A DNA stretch of 63,898 nucleotides, the filler included, from Salisapilia sapeloensis CBS 127946 (lineage: Eukaryota > Protista > Oomycota), in NCBI GenBank assembly GCA_023334545.1. It is 15 parts of 15 records of this genome, joined end to end, with 100 filler letters (N's around TTAATTAATTAA, not from the genome) between each part and the next. Parts side by side here need not be neighbours in the genome. Positions count along the whole stretch, not along the records: positions 55,919 to 61,074 come from JAADVB010000636.1; positions 61,175 to 62,264 come from JAADVB010001313.1; positions 62,365 to 63,898 come from JAADVB010001113.1; 12 more parts are not named here. One strand, written 5' to 3'. Numbering within the stretch: position 1 is the first letter of the stretch; each line of letters starts with the position of its first letter. Positions 57,676 to 63,898 of the stretch are shown here, one piece after another. The notes under the pieces are model-generated. The model was not told where the DNA came from. It did no database searches and worked only from the letters and a program-made list of their open reading frames with translations. The translations under genes were made by a program, and so were the position numbers.

Positions 57676-59216
57676 ATGGACGCGAGTACATCGACGTATG
57701 TGCGTCCGATTCGATTCTTTGAGGTTGGTGCTTGATTATTTGATGTGCATGTGTGCATTGAAAGGTGTACGATTCTATTGGTGGGAGTAGGACTAATTAT
57801 TGTTGGATGCATAGTCGAATGACTCGCTTGATAGTAAATCCGACCTGAACGGGAGTACCACGTCGATGCAGAGTACCTGGAGTTTGTCCAGTGACGCAGA
57901 GCTAGCCAAGTCATTTCGTAACAGATCTCTAAAGACGTGGGAGGAGTCGAAAAAGTTGCGAAATGAGCTCAATGAACAAGATCTGCCGGAACGAATGAAG
58001 CGATCAAGCGTTTCAAAGGACTCCTCTGCCAGCCATGACAAAGGTATCTACCTCTTGCAATACCTTCATACATGCATAAACGCTGAGATATATACCTACA
58101 GATACGAAGACTTTTCGAGAATGGTCAAAACAGTCGTGGCTAAAGCAGCGAGAGCAGTTCCGACAAGAAGAGGAGGAATGTTTCTCTGCCATCCCAGACA
58201 GAAATACTTCCAACCCAACGACAGCAGAAGCGGACACTAGCAAGTCTGAGGAGCGTCAAACAGAATCAATATCTGAAAACTTGGCTTCGACCGATCCTAA
58301 AGATGAACTCAGAAAGCGATTAACTGCGTTTTACACCAAGCATAATCCATCCAAGCTGGATTCGATCGACCAGACAGTCAACAAGTTTCTCGGCCGAGAA
58401 GAAGAGCTTTTTGCCAAACTCTACGACAAGTATCTCACAGCCGCTTCTCCCTTGCAAGATCGCAAAGTCAAATTTATTACAAAGGTGGGACAACCGACTG
58501 TCTTCATGGACGTGTCGGTCGGAGGAAAGCGCATTGGACGAATCGTCATGCGTCTATTAGATGATCAAGTGCCACTTGCGGCTGAGAACTTTCGATGTTT
58601 GTGCACTGGAGAAAAGGTTTCACCTACTCTATGGATTGCTACTTTTGTATGCTTAACGAGAGATGTGACGATAGGGCACTGGAAACATTGGTTCTACTCC
58701 TCTTCATTTCAAAGGCTCCAAGTTCCATCGTATCATCAAAAATTTTGTCATCCAAGGTGGAGGTACACTTTATCATGTTGATTATGTAGATTTCAATGGA
58801 TACTAATTCGATCTGACTAGACTTTACCAAGGGAGATGGCACTGGTGGTTCCAGTATTTACGGTGGTACTCCGAATGGGAATATGTGGGGAAAATTTAAG
58901 GACGAAAAGTTTCTGTCTCATGACGATATTGGATTACTGTCTATGGCGAATAACGGAAAGAACCAAAACAGTTCGCAGGTAGAGAATCTTTTGTTATGGT
59001 AGAGGTGGAATTGTGTAACGACGTGGTATGTAGTTTTTCATCACAACTAAGTCCAAGTTACCAGAGCTGGATGGAAAGCATGTTGTATTTGGAGAAGTAG
59101 TGGAAGGTTTGGATGTGGTGGAACAAATGCAGGGAGTGGATGTCGATGCGAAAAAGATGCACCGACCTTTGCAGCATAACGAAGTTGTCATTGAAAATTG
59201 TGGGCAGTTGGAATAG
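57676..59216 (+). CDS. Cyclophilin-type PPIase with long N-terminal extension
   Basis: Multi-exon; [49 protein letters not shown]; upstream exons splice in frame from MDAST at 57676; 208 nt from the divergent RPL13A start. Confidence 0.88.
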
Positions 59217-59269
59217 CTCTAACAATAACAGTTTACATGATCTACGTTGTCCGTTTCATTTTGCATTGG

Positions 59270-60535
59270 TTAACGAAGTAAATGAGCAAATCCTTTCTGT
59301 CGTACAACTCGATCCACTCGATCACCTTCGGTAGGAGTTTCCAATGTCTGTGTCATTGGTACGTTGCCTCGTCTTCTTGACCTCATACTAGGTATTCCAG
59401 TTGAGCCTTGGCTCTTCTTCACTGGATGCAAATGAGTGTCTATCGTTTTGGGTTGTGTTTTAGACATAGCAGTAGCCGATTGCTGGTATTCGTGCGTAGT
59501 TCCATGGTTGTCCTTAGATGAAGACTCTCCATGTCCTTGCTTTCTTTGGATATTTTGGTTCGCGTCTTGTGATGTGGTGCTCAAGTGTTGTAATTGCACG
59601 TTCAACCGACTGAGAGATGCGAGTAGCCTTTCTTCTTCCTCATCTTCAAGTGGTGAGAGATCGCTACTTTCCGAATCACTATCGAGGACAGCCTGGTTAC
59701 CATCCTCTCGGTTAACGTTCTGTCTATACATCTCGAAATATGACAAAGGCATATCGTGAGCTTCAGCAACTTTATTTCGATGAAGATCTGCATAGCTCTG
59801 AGGGTATAAAGCATCGTCAGTAGGTCCGTCGTCGTCATCATTTTTCAAAATTTCAGTTGGCATCGTTTCCACGTGTGGTTTTCTCTTCATGTAGCTCGCA
59901 TTTAAAGGCGTCCTCGAGGCAGCATTTGGATTAGACGTGTTATACGGGTCCGTCTGTGGGTTGACGCGATTCTTGGACCTCGTTGATGGAGCTTTTATCC
60001 CAGATTTCGATACGCCCTTGGAATTTACTCGATTCGTTTTGTTGTTATCCATCTTAGCACTTCTATCAGCAGCGTTACTTTTGACTGAATCTAACCTATC
60101 TGGTGAATGACTATTATGTAGACTTCGCTGTTGCTTCAACATTCGACGCCGCTGTATAAGACTGTTTCCAGTAAAGCTCTCACTTCCACTATTTTTGACT
60201 CGTTTTGTAGAGACTTCTTCACTTCCTCTTAACGACGCATTTTGGATACCTTTGGAAGTAACTAACTTGGTAGATTGGTCTTTTGAGCTTGGCCTCTCAG
60301 CTGGTATGTTTGTTGGAACCAGTGTGCAATCAACAGGGTCTTGAAAGGAGTAGGATAAGCCTAAACTATCTCGACGTTTGCTGCTCGGTTTAAAATTTAC
60401 AACTTGCATCGGAATAGGATGTTCAAACGACACATTATCTTCGTAAGTATCTTCATCATCCGATATGTCGCTTACACTTCCGTCACTTAGATCAAATTCA
60501 CTCGATGCGCTTATGCCTCCAATGGTATGTTGCAT
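59270..60535 (-). CDS. Hypothetical low-complexity protein
   Basis: Long open frame, S/D/K-rich, short coiled coil (EEERLLASLSRLNVQL); start uncertain. Confidence 0.55.
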   Translation of the reverse strand: MQHTIGGISASSEFDLSDGSVSDISDDEDTYEDNVSFEHPIPMQVVNFKPSSKRRDSLGLSYSFQDPVDCTLVPTNIPAERPSSKDQSTKLVTSKGIQNASLRGSEEVSTKRVKNSGSESFTGNSLIQRRRMLKQQRSLHNSHSPDRLDSVKSNAADRSAKMDNNKTNRVNSKGVSKSGIKAPSTRSKNRVNPQTDPYNTSNPNAASRTPLNASYMKRKPHVETMPTEILKNDDDDGPTDDALYPQSYADLHRNKVAEAHDMPLSYFEMYRQNVNREDGNQAVLDSDSESSDLSPLEDEEEERLLASLSRLNVQLQHLSTTSQDANQNIQRKQGHGESSSKDNHGTTHEYQQSATAMSKTQPKTIDTHLHPVKKSQGSTGIPSMRSRRRGNVPMTQTLETPTEGDRVDRVVRQKGFAHLLR

Positions 60536-60933
60536 TCTTGATTGTCTTTCGGGATTTATCTTGGAAGCTAAGCAATGTGTACTACAGTTCAATACTGCTT
60601 TTATAACTACAGAAGCGAAAATAGCGAGTGTGCTTGACCTCGATATTTGCGATGTACTATATTTATACCGTTTGTGACAACGGCATGCTCGTGCGACTTG
60701 CCTCTGAAAGGAACTATTGCTCAATCAAAGTTATCTGTCTCCTACACTAAAACGCAAATGCTCTCTGCTACTCCGGATCAAGTTACTTCCAGCTTAGACT
60801 ATACGTCCTGCTTCTACCAATAAGTTTTGAAAGCAACGAAAAGTTTTCAATCGACAAATCGTACTATTGAGCTTGTGGAAATGTTCGAAAGTGATTTACA
60901 GCATCCCAACAGCCGCATGTGATCATGGTCCGA

Positions 60934-61074
60934 AAGGTCATCGCAGTGGGCTCGAGCGCGACCATCATCTCGGCGGGTTACCACTTGGATCCTGGATAGG
61001 TGTATGGAGTATTCGTGCGCTGTGTGGCACTCGACTGTATCAAGTTCTTCCTCGAGTGCGTACCTGGCTTCGTC
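60934..61074. repeat. Right 141-nt arm of inverted repeat (mate 55919-56059)
   Basis: Exact reverse complement of the contig start. Confidence 0.95.
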
Positions 61075-61918
61075 NNNNNNNNNNNNNNNNNNNNNNNNNN
61101 NNNNNNNNNNNNNNNNNNTTAATTAATTAANNNNNNNNNNNNNNNNNNNNNNNNNNNNNNNNNNNNNNNNNNNNACGGAACCGGAAAGAAAAGATCCATA
61201 CCTAGCCGCACGATTGGCCCCCGCCGGACCCGCACGCGGCGTTTCTGACCACGGCTTCCGCCTGCCTTCTCGCTCCGATCAGTGACTATTCACACGAGCA
61301 GACTCTGCTCTAGTCGAAACGTCAGTCGAGTGCATCAAGCCAAGAGTAGCAAGCTACCAAGCGCACTTGGACGTATATCTTAGAAAATAGAAGAAATTGT
61401 AGTGTGACATGTGTCGATGATTTCTTTTTTCTTTATCTTGTTCATATGCACGTGGAATCGTGTTACGCATATGATGGAAGACGTTGCGGTTGGAGAACTA
61501 GCACGACCCAGGGCGCATGCGCAAGAATCAGTTTTGCAAAACGACATTATAGTATGATTGGCAAACCTTTCGGCCACGTCACTTCGCCTAGAGTGATCAA
61601 TAAACGCGCTGTTGTATTTAAAATGTTCAGCTGAAATACCTCCACCTATGGACTAAATGTCCAAACGGAACAACAATGGAGACGCGTTTCCGTATCTACG
61701 AGACAGATGCCAGCTGTCTGAGTGTGAATTAAATTCTATTTACTATTTGCAAGCGTTGACAGAATAACATACCATAAAACACATTATTCCAAATTTAATG
61801 TATTTAGGCAGTTGCACTAAAGGTTGGTAGTCCATTTATGTAAACTACTAATTGAATAAACATATATCTCGGTTTCGTTAGTCCTTTCATGAGGAAGCTG
61901 CAGTCCCTGGTCTACAAA

Positions 61919-62264
61919 TCAATAACGCACGCAGCTTGCAGTTCTTTGCCTGTAAAAGTTGTCCACGAGGTGTCTACTTCCAGTACGACTGTCCTGCAGG
62001 TTTTCTCGGTTGAGTCGCTGAAGGTTGGTTAGGTAGATTTCGGCGGCGCGGACGACGCCTTCGACCTCTTCTCTTCCTGTGTTGAGGACAGGATTCGCTA
62101 GGTTGGCTCGCTCGCTCTGGAGAATGCGGTGAGCTCGCTTGAACCGACCGCTCTGCATCGCGTTGTAGGCTAGGTTCACTCGGCACTTTGCCTCCATCAC
62201 TGGGTTCTGTAGCTCGGAAGAAACTTGCAGCTGCATCTTGGCGAGTGTCGTGGACGCGTCCAAG
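61919..62264 (-). CDS. 3' fragment of helical TPR-like hypothetical protein
   Basis: Frame open from the gap; LAKMQLQVSSELQNPVMEAKCRVNLAYNAMQSGRFKRAHRIL. Confidence 0.6.
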
Positions 62265-62584
62265 NNNNNNNNNNNNNNNNNNNNNNNNNNNNNNNNNNNN
62301 NNNNNNNNTTAATTAATTAANNNNNNNNNNNNNNNNNNNNNNNNNNNNNNNNNNNNNNNNNNNNATGAATTTGCACTATAGAAGCCGTGCTTTAGGGTCT
62401 GGCGAGTATATTTGGTCTTTTCGACACAAATCTCTACATGATCTCTAGAATTAGCATACCAGTCTTAAAGCTGTATCTTTCGTCTTGATATAGTACCAAA
62501 CTCTGAACAAGACCTATGGATGTTGAAAAGATATATATGATCCAGTTTACTCCTGCTTCTTGTGCTGTCCAGTTCGCACCATGG

Positions 62585-62785
62585 TTACGGTGCTGCAAGT
62601 GCCTCCGCAACCTCTTGTGCACGACATCGAGTAGTAAAGGTTGATTCCATGCTTTGCGGACCATTCTGCGCAAGGATCCACTCGACGATCTCCGTGTACC
62701 CCAGGTAAGAAGCAAATATTACTGCCGAGCACTCGGTGTCTTCCCAGTCTTCCAACGGATGATCTTCGCGCACTCGAAGGATCAT
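62585..62785 (-). pseudogene. Ankyrin-repeat-like fragment
   Basis: SAVIFASYLGYTEIVEWIL; an LLHYAV-like segment lies upstream (~62850-62880) with no clear start codon. Confidence 0.3.
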
Positions 62786-63230
62786 GATCTTGCTAATGCT
62801 AGAACGTTCCAGTAAATTGAATTTGCTCAGACGATTGGTTTGATCTTACCACTATTACTGTCATGCACAGCATAATGGAGTAAAAGCGCTCGAAAGCGTT
62901 TATTGTAATCTTTAAATAAGTTTATAGATTTGGGCTTTGCAGTTTCCACTGATACTTTTCCCGGCCGACATACTTGCCTCTAGAATGAGCCATCTTTTCC
63001 TCTTTATACTGGCCTTAAAAAACCATGACAGCACCCACCGTACAAAGTCGATTTGGTCCGTAATTGCCTTTTGTATCGCCTTGATTGGTTGTGGTGCATG
63101 TATATGGCACGTTGTGCTTATCTCAAGTGGATACCAAGCATAAGGTGTACCCTTTATAAATGAAAAATCCGTTTAATATAGGCTTATCTTGGTAGTAAAA
63201 TTTCTACAACTCTTTCGACGCCAACGACGA

Positions 63231-63898
63231 TCATTCAAAAATTGAAGTCACGTCGATCACTCCCCTCGAATGTAGAATGTAAGCGGAGAAGACGAAGATT
63301 ACAGACAGCATAATTCTGCTCGAAAGCTGCCTCCCATGGGAAAGCTCCTTTTCTGTACCTCTCCCTCTGTTCTCTTTCTGCTGGATTTGAATCAATTTAG
63401 CAACGTCCGCCATAGAAATCCGATCCGCTTTGCGACTGCTCTTTTCATCTTCCTGATTAGTTTTGTTGTCTTCAAGCGATGGATCTTCTAGATTGGTCTG
63501 ATTGTTTTCTGCTGATTGGCTTTCCTCTACGAGAGGATCATCTTGATGAGCATGATCATTGTTGTTATCTGCATCATCCTCGGTACCAAGATCCCCATCT
63601 GTGACGCTCGACTCTGAAAGTCTTGCACTTCCATCACACGAAGAGTCCTCACTAGCATCTTTCGTAGTAGACTCGTCCTCAGGTTCCGTCTCTAGCCTGA
63701 CTTTTGCTTCTTGCAGTTTTGATACAAAAGTATCTGAAGATATAAGAGCCTTCTCAAGTACATGCTTTACCCCTTCCTTGATCACTATCTCATTAACAAC
63801 ATCTTCTGACTTGTCAGTAATAGCGTCGAGTACAAGCCCCGGGTCGTTCACAAAGATCACAGTCTCTAAGAGCTCTTTGATAGCAGCTCCTCCGAAGA
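63231..63898 (-). CDS. 3' part of acidic tail-anchored hypothetical protein
   Basis: Frame open from the window edge; D/E-rich linker and C-terminal TM IMLSVIFVFSAYIL. Confidence 0.7.
   Translation of the reverse strand, partial: FGGAAIKELLETVIFVNDPGLVLDAITDKSEDVVNEIVIKEGVKHVLEKALISSDTFVSKLQEAKVRLETEPEDESTTKDASEDSSCDGSARLSESSVTDGDLGTEDDADNNNDHAHQDDPLVEESQSAENNQTNLEDPSLEDNKTNQEDEKSSRKADRISMADVAKLIQIQQKENRGRGTEKELSHGRQLSSRIMLSVIFVFSAYILHSRGVIDVTSIFE

Noticed and set aside
33677-61074. The 141-nt terminal inverted repeats as true TIRs of linear plasmids or complete transposons
   Set aside because: The identical length in five unrelated sequences, two of them cut mid-gene, indicates an assembler k-mer boundary; real arm lengths are unknown
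61275-61330. Hammerhead ribozyme (stem followed by GAAAC)
   Set aside because: The CUGANGA core is missing before the stem on the same strand
3766-62364. Regularly recurring TTAATTAATTAA as a biological repeat or CRISPR-like array
   Set aside because: Always embedded in N44...N44 with a fixed 100-nt total; an artificial six-frame-stop linker. ORF-track entries ending in XXX/LIN are artefacts

Overview
Eukaryotic draft assembly, not a prokaryote. The gene content (CBM1+PAN 'CBEL' lectins, secreted tyrosinase, GH32), short GT-AG introns and INR/FPR-type core promoters (TCATTTTCnAA(T/C)T) point to an oomycete-like stramenopile. The window is 15 contigs joined by 14 artificial 100-nt linkers (N44-TTAATTAATTAA-N44), so adjacency across linkers is unproven. 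Genes include GH32 invertase, two LEA-like proteins, ABCG, a bacterial-type GyrI-like protein, bL28m, a 1649-aa mucin, tyrosinase, RSL1D1, TECR, AP-2 alpha, a sugar MFS, SDHAF1, ZNF706-like, EngA/Der, PLD6/Zucchini-like, two CBELs, two AMTs, CHIP-like, two CorA 3' ends, RPL13A and a cyclophilin. Three signals stand out. (1) Two ORF-less AT-rich contigs (23-27% GC in hand-counted samples) have surviving cytosines that avoid a 5' pyrimidine, especially CC/GG, while CpA and CpG are kept. The C>T differences between the inverted arms of one contig follow the same context. This is a candidate RIP-like or deamination-based repeat-erosion process with an unusual target. (2) The 412-nt RPL13A intron 1 is packed with hairpins, including a perfect 27-bp stem. 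(3) Five contigs are the spacers of inverted repeats, each with exactly 141 nt of terminal identity (consistent with a k=141 assembly break); two are inverted paralog pairs, one showing patchy gene-conversion tracts. All counts and alignments were done by eye; no database searches were run.
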